Below are positions 8,871 to 16,825 of a DNA stretch of 64,000 bases, in pieces. A program made the position numbers and the translations under genes. The stretch is from Lysobacterales bacterium (GTDB taxonomy: Bacteria; Pseudomonadota; Gammaproteobacteria; Xanthomonadales; SZUA-38), in contig JBGCET010000035.1 of the NCBI GenBank assembly GCA_045106555.1, positions 3,551 to 67,550 on the forward strand, written 5' to 3'. Position 1 is the stretch's first letter, and every line of letters begins with the position of its first letter. The notes under the pieces are model-generated. The model was not told the origin of the DNA, searched no databases, and saw only the letters and a program-made list of their open reading frames with translations.

Positions 8871-9230
8871 ATGGAACTACACGAACAGGCACAGGCCATT
8901 GCCCGAAAACTCCACATGGTCAACGACGCTGATCAACTCGGTCGGCTACAGGATCAACTGCTTTCCATGGTGCTTAGCTGTGCCCATTGGCGTCGCTCCC
9001 TGAACCCGGGACGAACGTTAGGCGGGCTCACTGCAAGCCACCTGGCGTTAACCAGCAAAGAGCGCATCGCCGCGCGTAAAAAGCTTCTTGAGGACGCCCA
9101 GCTGGACGTCTATGAGTTTTCTTTGGTGGCCAAGACTGGGCCGTCGGGAGCCGTGGTAACTCAGGCGGTTTGTCTGTCAAACCCGTCGATGGATGCCAGC
9201 CAATTTGTCGGCGTGTCGCTGAGCGGTTAA
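8871..9230 (+). CDS. Hypothetical protein (119 aa), directly downstream of the TIR gene
   Basis: ORF 8841..9230 opens on TTG; the first ATG is at 8871. No recognisable motif. Same strand as the TIR gene and about 30-60 nt after its stop. Confidence 0.35.
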   Translation: MELHEQAQAIARKLHMVNDADQLGRLQDQLLSMVLSCAHWRRSLNPGRTLGGLTASHLALTSKERIAARKKLLEDAQLDVYEFSLVAKTGPSGAVVTQAVCLSNPSMDASQFVGVSLSG

Positions 9231-9266
9231 GCCCTGCCGATCAACCTACCGAAACCTCCCTTCGGA

Positions 9267-10145
9267 TTACTGGGAGCGCTTAATGGCCGGGTAGTACCAA
9301 ACGTTCAGGATTTTCTGGTCTGCAATTTCATAGACCGCCGTTGCGCTCTGAGACTGGGCCGAACCATCATCTGTTGTCCAATGAGCCGTTTCCTTGACCG
9401 TTACGAAACGCTCATTGACCGACCACTGAGACAGCTCGCTGCGCACAGAGCAACCATTGGCCATATAGCTCTCAAGTTCCGCCACCAGTTGGTCTTTGTC
9501 GTTGGCGGCGGAAGTAAGCTCAGCTCCGGAAATATTCAACCACTGAATATCCGGGTGCATGAGCTTTGCGGCCTCGGCCAGGTCACACTGGTTGTAGGCT
9601 TCAACGTAGCGCTTAACGAGCATTGCGTTGGCGTCGCTCGGGGGCCTGGATCCAGAGGCTTGAGCGCAACGATCAAACGCAATGGCCGATTCTCGGCGGT
9701 CGTGGCCCTCGCCCGCACCGATGGTTGCTGTGAGGCTGGCGCCTTCACGACGATACTCGATGTACTGAGGGTAATCATGCTGCAAATTTTCAAACCGGAC
9801 CCACTGAGAGCCCTCAGTAACGCGGGAAAATGCCGTCGCCGTTCTGCCGCCGGGCTGAGCCAGGTACACAGGCGGCTGGGACTGCAGGTCAATCTGCAGA
9901 AATTCGAAGGCCACTGCGCGTCCGTCTCTGAGCGTGCGGTTAACACCCAGAAGTCGTCCGCCAGCGTCGCTTAACCAATGCTCTTCGGTAGTAACGTCAT
10001 CGTTTATTGGCGTGCACCATCGGCCGTTCATCCAGTCAAGCGGTGCTGCGATGGCGCCAGTCATACCGGTCAATAGCAGCAGCAATGTGTTGCTGAAGGT
10101 TCGGCGCAAGTAAGAGGGGCTGGTCAGTCGGGAAGTGATTTTCAC
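9267..10145 (-). CDS. Exported DUF6265-like + SnoaL/NTF2-like two-domain protein
   Basis: The maximal ORF (to 10373) would run through the divergent gntR promoter. GTG at 10145 follows AGGA by 9 nt; an alternative ATG lies at 10193. Signal-like LLLLLTGMTGAIAAP. DUF6265-like pattern W-x-G-x-W..EEHW..FEFLQI..YLAQPGG..FENLQHDYPQYIEY. The C-terminal half is NTF2-like (YVEAYNQCDL..). Confidence 0.6.
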   Translation of the reverse strand: MKITSRLTSPSYLRRTFSNTLLLLLTGMTGAIAAPLDWMNGRWCTPINDDVTTEEHWLSDAGGRLLGVNRTLRDGRAVAFEFLQIDLQSQPPVYLAQPGGRTATAFSRVTEGSQWVRFENLQHDYPQYIEYRREGASLTATIGAGEGHDRRESAIAFDRCAQASGSRPPSDANAMLVKRYVEAYNQCDLAEAAKLMHPDIQWLNISGAELTSAANDKDQLVAELESYMANGCSVRSELSQWSVNERFVTVKETAHWTTDDGSAQSQSATAVYEIADQKILNVWYYPAIKRSQ

Positions 10146-10290
10146 GTTCGTTATTCCTGTCCGTTCCTGCAGTAAACGTCTGTCCGGTTGCATCCTAGCA
10201 GGTCGGTTTGGCCGCTCTTCAGCGTAACAGGGAGCTGATAAATAGATCGGTGACGTCGGCAATAACGTGAAGGCCGTCGGGGATGGTGAC

Positions 10291-10319
10291 TTTGACCACC
10301 TGTATATACTGTGTATACT
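10291..10319 (+). promoter_or_regulatory. Sigma70-like promoter overlapped by two tandem 9-mers TGT[A/G]TATAC (putative YtrA-type operator)
   Basis: TTGACC at 10291..10296, a 17-nt spacer, then TATACT at 10314..10319, which is 11 nt before the ATG at 10330. The 9-mers TGTATATAC (10301..10309) and TGTGTATAC (10310..10318) each contain a palindromic core (GTATATAC / GTATAC). Confidence 0.4.
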
Positions 10320-10329
10320 CAGTTGCCAC

Positions 10330-10704
10330 ATGAGCACTAAAATTGTCCTTTCCCAGGCAGACGCCCGCCCCATCTATGCGCAAATCATTGACGAGATCAG
10401 TCATCGGGTGGCGCTAGGCGACTGGGAGCCTGGGTTTGCCTTGCCCTCGATCCGGGAGCTGGCCGCTGAGCTGAGTGTGAGCGTCATTACCGTCAAGCGT
10501 GCGTATCTGGAGCTGGAGCGGGCAGGGGTCATCACAACGCGTCATGGCAAAGGCTCATTTGTCAGCCAACACAGCGCAGTCCAGGACGCCAGGCGAGCGG
10601 AGCTTGAGCGGCTGCTGGGTCAGACCGCGGCGCTGGCCGCCGCCATGCAAATGACCGACGACGAACTGATCACGTTGCTGCAGCAAATGCTCAAGCAACG
10701 CTGA
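10330..10704 (+). CDS. GntR-family transcriptional regulator, short YtrA-like subfamily
   Basis: ATG at 10330 within ORF 10267..10704. wHTH pattern IYAQIIDEISHRVALGDWEPGFALPSIRELAAELSVSVITVKRAYLELERAGVITTRHGKGSFV. The short C-terminal tail and the ABC genes that follow are the YtrA hallmark. Confidence 0.8.
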   Translation: MSTKIVLSQADARPIYAQIIDEISHRVALGDWEPGFALPSIRELAAELSVSVITVKRAYLELERAGVITTRHGKGSFVSQHSAVQDARRAELERLLGQTAALAAAMQMTDDELITLLQQMLKQR

Positions 10705-10730
10705 ATAAACCACTTTTTGAGGAACCGCCA

Positions 10731-11648
10731 ATGAACGCAATTGAATGTCGTGGCATCACCAAACGCTATCGAGATTTTTCTTTGGACCATGTAGATCTGA
10801 CCCTGTCTCAGGGGTCGGTGCTGGGGTTTGTAGGACCCAATGGCGCCGGGAAATCTACCACTATTCGCATCATTATGGGGTTGGTCCATCAGGATAGCGG
10901 TAGCGTCGAGGTGCTTGGCCACGCTATGCCCCAGCAGCAGGTGGCGGCAAAGTGGAATATTGGATTTGTGTCCGAAGACATGCGCCTTTATGGGCACCGC
11001 ACCATCGGCTTCCATCTAGATTTTTTAAAGTCCATCTTTCCCAGCTGGGACGACGGCTACGCCGAAACTCTAATGAAGCGGTTTGAGCTTAACCCCACAC
11101 AAAAGGTCAAGGGCCTTTCCCACGGTCAGCGCGTGAAAGCGGCCTTGTTAACCGTATTTGCCAGAAAACCTCAGCTGTTGGTTCTGGATGAGCCCACCAC
11201 CGGGCTAGACCCGGTGGCACGTAAAGTCATCATGGAAGAAATGATGAGAATTATGGAGGACGAGTCGCGCTCTGTTCTGTTTTCGTCCCACAACACGCTG
11301 GAAGTTGAGCAGATGTGTGATCACATTGTTTTTATCAACAAGGGAAAAGTGGTTGCCAGCGAGGATAAAGAAACGTTTCTGGATTCCTGGCGACGGCTGC
11401 GGTTGGTGGTAGGTGATGGCTATCAGCCTCCCTCGACGTTGCAGTGCATGGACTGCCAGCGGAGCGGAAGTCAGATGGTGATAACTGTGTCGAACTATCA
11501 TGGCGAACTCGAGCAGCAGGTGCGCGCCAGCGGCGCAGAAATTCGCCAGGTTGAACGGCTCACATTGGAAGAGATTTTTGTCACGAGTGTGGAGTCTCAA
11601 CGTGACAAGAAAGCCGATTTTCAGGCTGATACGGGAATAGCAGCATGA
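10731..11648 (+). CDS. ABC transporter ATP-binding protein (ABC-2/YtrB-like)
   Basis: Walker A GPNGAGKST, signature LSHGQRVK, Walker B LLVLDEPTTGLD. Confidence 0.85.
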   Translation: MNAIECRGITKRYRDFSLDHVDLTLSQGSVLGFVGPNGAGKSTTIRIIMGLVHQDSGSVEVLGHAMPQQQVAAKWNIGFVSEDMRLYGHRTIGFHLDFLKSIFPSWDDGYAETLMKRFELNPTQKVKGLSHGQRVKAALLTVFARKPQLLVLDEPTTGLDPVARKVIMEEMMRIMEDESRSVLFSSHNTLEVEQMCDHIVFINKGKVVASEDKETFLDSWRRLRLVVGDGYQPPSTLQCMDCQRSGSQMVITVSNYHGELEQQVRASGAEIRQVERLTLEEIFVTSVESQRDKKADFQADTGIAA

Positions 11649-12328
11649 ATACCCTATCGCGATCTGCGGTGATTTCCGCGTTAATCAAAAAAGACCTCGC
11701 CATTATGAAAGTACCGGCCATTTGCTACTGGCTGGCGGGACTGGCCGCCATTGGGCTGGCGATGGTTTTCGGCGATTCCAGCGGCACCGTGGCGTTCATT
11801 TTGTTTGTCTCGGCGCTGGTGGCAACGGGCCTTCATGCCGCTATGCAAACGGTTTCCGAGGAACGCCGTGCTCAGAACCTGCCGTTCATACTGAGTCTTC
11901 CCATTACCATTACCGACTACACCATCGCCAAGATGGGGGCCAACCTGCTGCTGGGCGGCGGTATCTGGTTATTGCTGTCGGCGGCCAGTTTTGTGATCTT
12001 CCTGGGTGATTCGGTGCCCCATGGCCGGGCGCCCTACATGATTATTCTGCTGGTGCAGATACTGCTGGCCTACATTGTGGTGTTGGTAACCAGCTTAGTG
12101 TTTGAGGGCTTGGCGGCCACCATGACCGCCATAGTGGGAGCGAACCTCGGCAGTCAGGTGCTGCTGTGGACCATCGCCGGTCTGTACGGTGTTCGCAGCA
12201 CGATCAATGGGTCAGAGGTGGTCTGGAATAGTACCTACCTCACCATCATCTCGGTGCAGATTGCCGTGTTAGTCGGGCTGATCGCGCTGACATTTTTTGC
12301 CCAATCTAGAAAAACCCGATTCATCTAG
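11645..12328 (+). CDS. Integral membrane protein, probable ABC-2-type permease partner
   Basis: 227 aa with about 6 hydrophobic segments. Its start overlaps the ATPase stop (ATGA at 11645..11648). Confidence 0.55.
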   Translation: MNTLSRSAVISALIKKDLAIMKVPAICYWLAGLAAIGLAMVFGDSSGTVAFILFVSALVATGLHAAMQTVSEERRAQNLPFILSLPITITDYTIAKMGANLLLGGGIWLLLSAASFVIFLGDSVPHGRAPYMIILLVQILLAYIVVLVTSLVFEGLAATMTAIVGANLGSQVLLWTIAGLYGVRSTINGSEVVWNSTYLTIISVQIAVLVGLIALTFFAQSRKTRFI

Positions 12329-14229
12329 TGTTTTTCACGAAACGCTGGTGGACGCCAATACTCATGGCGGGCGTTGTTCTGTTCGGGTGCAGCGAAACTG
12401 AAAGGGCGCAAAATCCCGCGGGGGATGGCGGTGCGACTTCGCAAAGCGACCCTGAGACGCTGTTTTCTGAGCGTTGCTCTTCCTGCCATAGCGATCCAGC
12501 CAACAAACGGGCCGTGAGTCGATCGGTGTTGGCCCAGCTCGGTGCAACCCAGATTGCCTTTGCGCTGAGCAATGGGGTGATGAAGTCGCAGGCTGATGGC
12601 TTAGATTTTGGCCAAATACTATCCCTGGCCGACCATATCACCGACGGCAGGGAGCGTTACTCGCCACCCCGTGAGCATTTTTGTCAGGCTCCAGGGGCAT
12701 CATCTATTAACGATGCTTCCGCAGTCATTAGCCGCTGGGCCGTTGATGATCAGAGCACTTTCAGTGTGCCGCCGGGCGTCAGCAACATTACAGCTAAGAA
12801 CGTGGCGTCGCTCAGTTTGGCCTGGGTATTCGGCTTGCCTGCGGTGGCCACCGCCCGTTCCCAGCCAGTGATCACCAAAGACACGCTGATTGTGGCCACC
12901 AATAGTGGCCATCTTTTTGCGCTGGACCGTTTCAGCGGCTGTATTCGTTGGCACCAGGCGCTGGAGTTAGGCGCGCGGACCGCGCTAACGCTGGGAACAA
13001 TATCCGGCCAGTCGGTGATCTTTTTCGGTGACACTGACGCCTACGTCAACGCGCGAGCGCTGCAGGGGGGCGAGCTACTGTGGCGGGCCAAAATTGCCAT
13101 TAGCAAACACAGTCTGCTGACGGGTGCTCCGGTTCAAAGCGAGCACCGCTTGATTGTGCCGGTTTCTATGTCTGAGGTGGGCCTGGCCGGCGCCGCCGAC
13201 TATCCCTGTTGCCGGTCCCATGGCGGCATCACCGCGCTGGACGTTGAAACGGGTGCACTATTGTGGACTTTCCACACAACCAACGTTGCCACCCTGCAAG
13301 GGGTCAATGAGTCAGGGGTGCAGCAATGGGGGCCCAGCGGCGCACCGGTGTGGAGTACCCCCACCATCGATGAAGAACGCGGCGTGATTTACTTCGGGAC
13401 CGGCCAAAATGCATCGGCTCCGGCCACTGGACTGTCGGACGCTGTGGTTGCGCTGGATATCGACAGTGGCGAAAAGGTTTGGCATTTCCAGACCCTGGCT
13501 GGCGATGTCTACAACGTTGCCTGCGATCAGAACCCGCCTGGGCCTAACTGTCCGAAATGGCGCGGGCCAGATCACGATATCGGTGCGGCCATCGTATTGG
13601 CTACCGATGCCGCTGGCAACGATCGATTACTGGTGGGGCAGAAATCCGGCGACATCTACGCTTTGGACCCGGATGCCGATGGTCGGGTGGTGTGGCGGCA
13701 ACGCGCTGGCGCAGGCTCCGCGTTAGGCGGTGTGCACTGGGGCTTGGCGGTTACCGGCGGGCGGGTGTTTGCGCCAGTAGCAGATCCGCCTTTTCCATTG
13801 CCCAACTACCGACCGGCTCCTGGTCTGTACGCGTTTAGTCTCGATCAAGGAGAGCCGCTGTGGTTTGCGCCGGTGGAGCGCGGCTGCACAACGCACCTTT
13901 ATGAATATTTTGCTCGCTCTACCCTGTATCCGGAATGTTCTTTCTATTTTGGTCTGTCGGCAGCCCCCTTGGCTGTGAACGATCTAGTGTTTGTTGGCGC
14001 ACTTGATGGATCGGTTCGGGCGTTTTCCCAAAGTGAGGGAGATGCGTTGTGGCAGGAAAATACGGCGAATGCCTACCCGTCACTGAATGGGGTTGTAACT
14101 CACGGTGGGGCTATTGATGTTGCCGGCGTTCAAGCCGCGGGGGACATGCTTTATGTTCAGTCGGGCTATGCGCTGTTTGGCCAGCTTCCGGGCAACGCGC
14201 TGCTGGCGTTCAAACTGACCAAACTCTGA
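12328..14229 (+). CDS. Lipoprotein with N-terminal c-type cytochrome domain and PQQ-type beta-propeller (polyvinyl-alcohol-dehydrogenase-like quinohaemoprotein)
   Basis: The GTG start shares 1 nt with the permease stop (TAGTG). Lipobox LFGC. Heme motif CSSCH. Repeated propeller motifs are LFALDRFSGCIRW, ITALDVETGALLW, VVALDIDSGEKVW, IYALDPDADGRVVW and VRAFSQSEGDALW. Vicinal Cys pair in DYPCCRSHGG. Confidence 0.7.
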   Translation: MFFTKRWWTPILMAGVVLFGCSETERAQNPAGDGGATSQSDPETLFSERCSSCHSDPANKRAVSRSVLAQLGATQIAFALSNGVMKSQADGLDFGQILSLADHITDGRERYSPPREHFCQAPGASSINDASAVISRWAVDDQSTFSVPPGVSNITAKNVASLSLAWVFGLPAVATARSQPVITKDTLIVATNSGHLFALDRFSGCIRWHQALELGARTALTLGTISGQSVIFFGDTDAYVNARALQGGELLWRAKIAISKHSLLTGAPVQSEHRLIVPVSMSEVGLAGAADYPCCRSHGGITALDVETGALLWTFHTTNVATLQGVNESGVQQWGPSGAPVWSTPTIDEERGVIYFGTGQNASAPATGLSDAVVALDIDSGEKVWHFQTLAGDVYNVACDQNPPGPNCPKWRGPDHDIGAAIVLATDAAGNDRLLVGQKSGDIYALDPDADGRVVWRQRAGAGSALGGVHWGLAVTGGRVFAPVADPPFPLPNYRPAPGLYAFSLDQGEPLWFAPVERGCTTHLYEYFARSTLYPECSFYFGLSAAPLAVNDLVFVGALDGSVRAFSQSEGDALWQENTANAYPSLNGVVTHGGAIDVAGVQAAGDMLYVQSGYALFGQLPGNALLAFKLTKL

Positions 14230-14422
14230 GGTCATTTGCCAGGTTTGTTGGGGCAATCAATGGGCCAAACCTGATCACTTTTGGTGCAATTTCCACGTTG
14301 CGATTTTTAATATAGCTGGTATTCCAAAACAAAGTTGCATCGTCGCCGTGTGATGGTGCCTTATATGTTCACAAAACGTTAACGCCATCGTTATACCAGG
14401 AGAGGGTGTTTTTATAACCACT

Positions 14423-16771
14423 ATGCTTAGACGTCCACTGGCAATTGCTGCATTATCATTCTGTTTTATTGCTGAGCCGGTGCTAGCGCAGCTTGAAGAG
14501 ATTACGGTGACCGCTCGTCGGGTTGAGGAAAACCTGCAGGATATTCCGATATCGGTCAGCGCGTTTTCCGCTGCCGACCTTGAAAGACGCGGCATTCAAA
14601 GCCTGGAAGACGTGGCGGCCTACACCCCGGGCCTGGCATTCGAAGATTTTTCCGGCGCCCTGGAAGCTCCAGTAATACGGGGACAGACCCAGGTTCGACT
14701 GAGCAACCCGGTGCAAAACGTGGCCACGTTCCTTGACGGGGTCTACCTGCAGCGCAGTTATATGATCGATACCGGCATGGTTGCCCTGGATCGGGTAGAG
14801 GTGGTGAAGGGGCCGCAGTCGGCGCTTTACGGGCAAAACTCGTTTGCCGGCGCCATTAACTACGTGACCAGCAAGCCGACCGAGGAATTTGAGGGCAATG
14901 TTCAGCTAGGTGCGGGGTCCGATGAGTTCTTTACGGCACGAGCAACATTTTCCGGTCCCATCATTGAAGATAAGCTGCTCGGGCGCCTCACTTACGGCCA
15001 GCAGGAATATGATGGCACCTGGTCTAACGCCCACCCCTTGGCTGACGCAGGGATCAGCCCCGGCACAGATGGCAACCTTGGGGGTTTCGATAATGAGACT
15101 TTAACGGCAAACCTGACGTTCATTGCCACCGAGGATCTCAAGTTTGACCTGGGTTACTACCGAACCGAAATTATGCAGGAAGCCAATCCGATCTTTACCA
15201 GGCTGGGTCGAAACGGCGTTTCGTTCTTTGGATTTGCCGGCGAAAACTCGGCAAACTGCTCGGTGACGCCACGGCCGGGTCTGGAGTTTCTGGGCGCCAG
15301 CAATACGCTGATTTGCGGCGAGCTCACCACGACCCCGCCTTCTACCGCTAGCCCCGACGGTGAGAATTTGATCCTGGATCCGCGCTCATTTGGTCAGGAA
15401 GGTACTAACGAAGTCACCACGTTCCGCATTGAGTGGTCGCTTAGTGATACCTGGGACATGAGCTACCTGTATGGCAGGGCGGATTCCCGGCTCCGATCAG
15501 GTGGCCAGGCGATACCCGATGCCATCAATGGATCAGGTAACCCCAACTCGTTGCTGAACTTCTTCCCGGGCACGGTGATTTTTGACTCTCAGCCCAACGG
15601 TGGTCTGGAATCTGACTCCCACGAACTGCGTTTTGACTACTCATCAGGCGGCTTGATTGATGCTTCAGTTGGCGTATTCCGCTACGAATCAGACGATTTG
15701 TACGAAGCGATCGGATACTTCCTGCAGCCCCTTGGTACAACGCCATTGCCTCAGTTACCAAACGTTGATCCCAACCCGGACTTCTTCGCTGACGAAACCA
15801 CAGCGATTTTTGGTCGCGTAGGATTCAACTTGATGGATGGCCGATTGAAAGTCAGTCTTGAAGGACGGTACTCGCAAGAAGACAAGTCGGTAGAAACGAT
15901 TGGTGTCGCAGATACCGCTGCGTCTGACACATTCAATATCTTTGTACCCAGGGTTACGGTTGACTATGCGCTGACCGATGAAAACCTCCTTTATCTGTCG
16001 TTAGCTGAGGGAACCAAAGCCGGCGGTTTCAACAGCCCAATCTTGGGCGGATCTGGAAACCCGGTTGATCCATCGCAGGCTAGCTACGACGAGGAGAGCA
16101 ACTGGACCTTTGAAATTGGATCAAAGAACCGCTTCTTGGACGGCAGCCTGCTGACTAACATTGCGCTGTACTACATCGACTGGACCGATTTGCAGATCAA
16201 TACGGCGGCCATTGGTGGCGCGGCTAATGATCCGGTGGTTATCGACAACGTGGGTGGGGCCTCCACCTGGGGTCTGGAGATTGACGGCATTTACCAGGCA
16301 ACGGACAACATTTCGTTAAACTACGGTTTCTCGTATAACGAACCCGAGCTGGATAACGGCACATTCTTCATTGAAGCGGAGCGCGGTGGCTGGTGTGATG
16401 ACATTGTTTGCCCGTCCAACGGCGACGTGAGCAACAACACCGTCAGCCGCACACCTCGTTTGCAGTACACCCTGGGCGCTCAATACACGGCAGAAATCAG
16501 CAACGGTTGGGAGTACTACGTCCGGGGCGACCTGAACTACCAGTCCCGCCAGTTTCTCAGCCTGTTGAACGTGGGTTGGGTGCCTTCGCGCCAGCTGCTT
16601 AATACACGCCTTGGTATCAGCAACGGTCAATGGGATGTTGCCTTGTGGGCGAGAAACCTGGCGAACGAAAAGTATGTATCAAACTCGCTGTTCCTGGGCT
16701 TTTCTAACGGCTATGTCGCGGCTCTGGGTGAGCAGCGAACCTATGGCTTAACCGCCAGCTTCAACTTCTAA
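14423..16771 (+). CDS. TonB-dependent outer-membrane receptor
   Basis: Signal peptide, then plug region LEEITVTARRVEENLQDIPISVSAF and VEVVKGPQSALYGQNSFAGAINYV. Long beta-barrel ending YGLTASFNF. Confidence 0.9.
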   Translation: MLRRPLAIAALSFCFIAEPVLAQLEEITVTARRVEENLQDIPISVSAFSAADLERRGIQSLEDVAAYTPGLAFEDFSGALEAPVIRGQTQVRLSNPVQNVATFLDGVYLQRSYMIDTGMVALDRVEVVKGPQSALYGQNSFAGAINYVTSKPTEEFEGNVQLGAGSDEFFTARATFSGPIIEDKLLGRLTYGQQEYDGTWSNAHPLADAGISPGTDGNLGGFDNETLTANLTFIATEDLKFDLGYYRTEIMQEANPIFTRLGRNGVSFFGFAGENSANCSVTPRPGLEFLGASNTLICGELTTTPPSTASPDGENLILDPRSFGQEGTNEVTTFRIEWSLSDTWDMSYLYGRADSRLRSGGQAIPDAINGSGNPNSLLNFFPGTVIFDSQPNGGLESDSHELRFDYSSGGLIDASVGVFRYESDDLYEAIGYFLQPLGTTPLPQLPNVDPNPDFFADETTAIFGRVGFNLMDGRLKVSLEGRYSQEDKSVETIGVADTAASDTFNIFVPRVTVDYALTDENLLYLSLAEGTKAGGFNSPILGGSGNPVDPSQASYDEESNWTFEIGSKNRFLDGSLLTNIALYYIDWTDLQINTAAIGGAANDPVVIDNVGGASTWGLEIDGIYQATDNISLNYGFSYNEPELDNGTFFIEAERGGWCDDIVCPSNGDVSNNTVSRTPRLQYTLGAQYTAEISNGWEYYVRGDLNYQSRQFLSLLNVGWVPSRQLLNTRLGISNGQWDVALWARNLANEKYVSNSLFLGFSNGYVAALGEQRTYGLTASFNF

Positions 16772-16804
16772 TTGACGCGATGAGTCAAGCCATCAGTTTA
16801 CGGG

Positions 16805-16825
16805 TGCCGGCGTGAATCGCCGGCA
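16805..16825 (+). promoter_or_regulatory. GC-rich stem-loop (8-bp stem TGCCGGCG/CGCCGGCA, loop tgaat) enclosing the GTG start of the MDR gene; a third complementary copy lies at 16832..16840
   Basis: Read directly from the sequence: 16805..16812 pairs with 16818..16825 and is followed by atttcgtt. The downstream segment TGCCGGCAC could pair alternatively with either arm. Confidence 0.3.

Noticed and set aside
9267-10373. Maximal N-terminal extensions offered by the ORF track. Examples are 9267..10373, 10267.., 18665.., 19690.., 20816.., 35647.., 36665.., 40715.., 45445.. and 57146.
   Set aside because: The extensions overlap neighbouring genes or promoters, begin on TTG/GTG with no RBS, and encode non-signal, low-complexity leaders. 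Internal ATG/GTG codons yield clean signal peptides or canonical family N-termini, and I used those instead.
14230-14422. Possible riboswitch (for example cobalamin) or other leader RNA upstream of the TonB receptors. I also checked 32197..32394.
   Set aside because: I could find no B12-box-like GCCACTG core or other riboswitch consensus, and no extended conserved pairing. A covariance-model scan (Rfam/Infernal) would be needed for a definitive answer.
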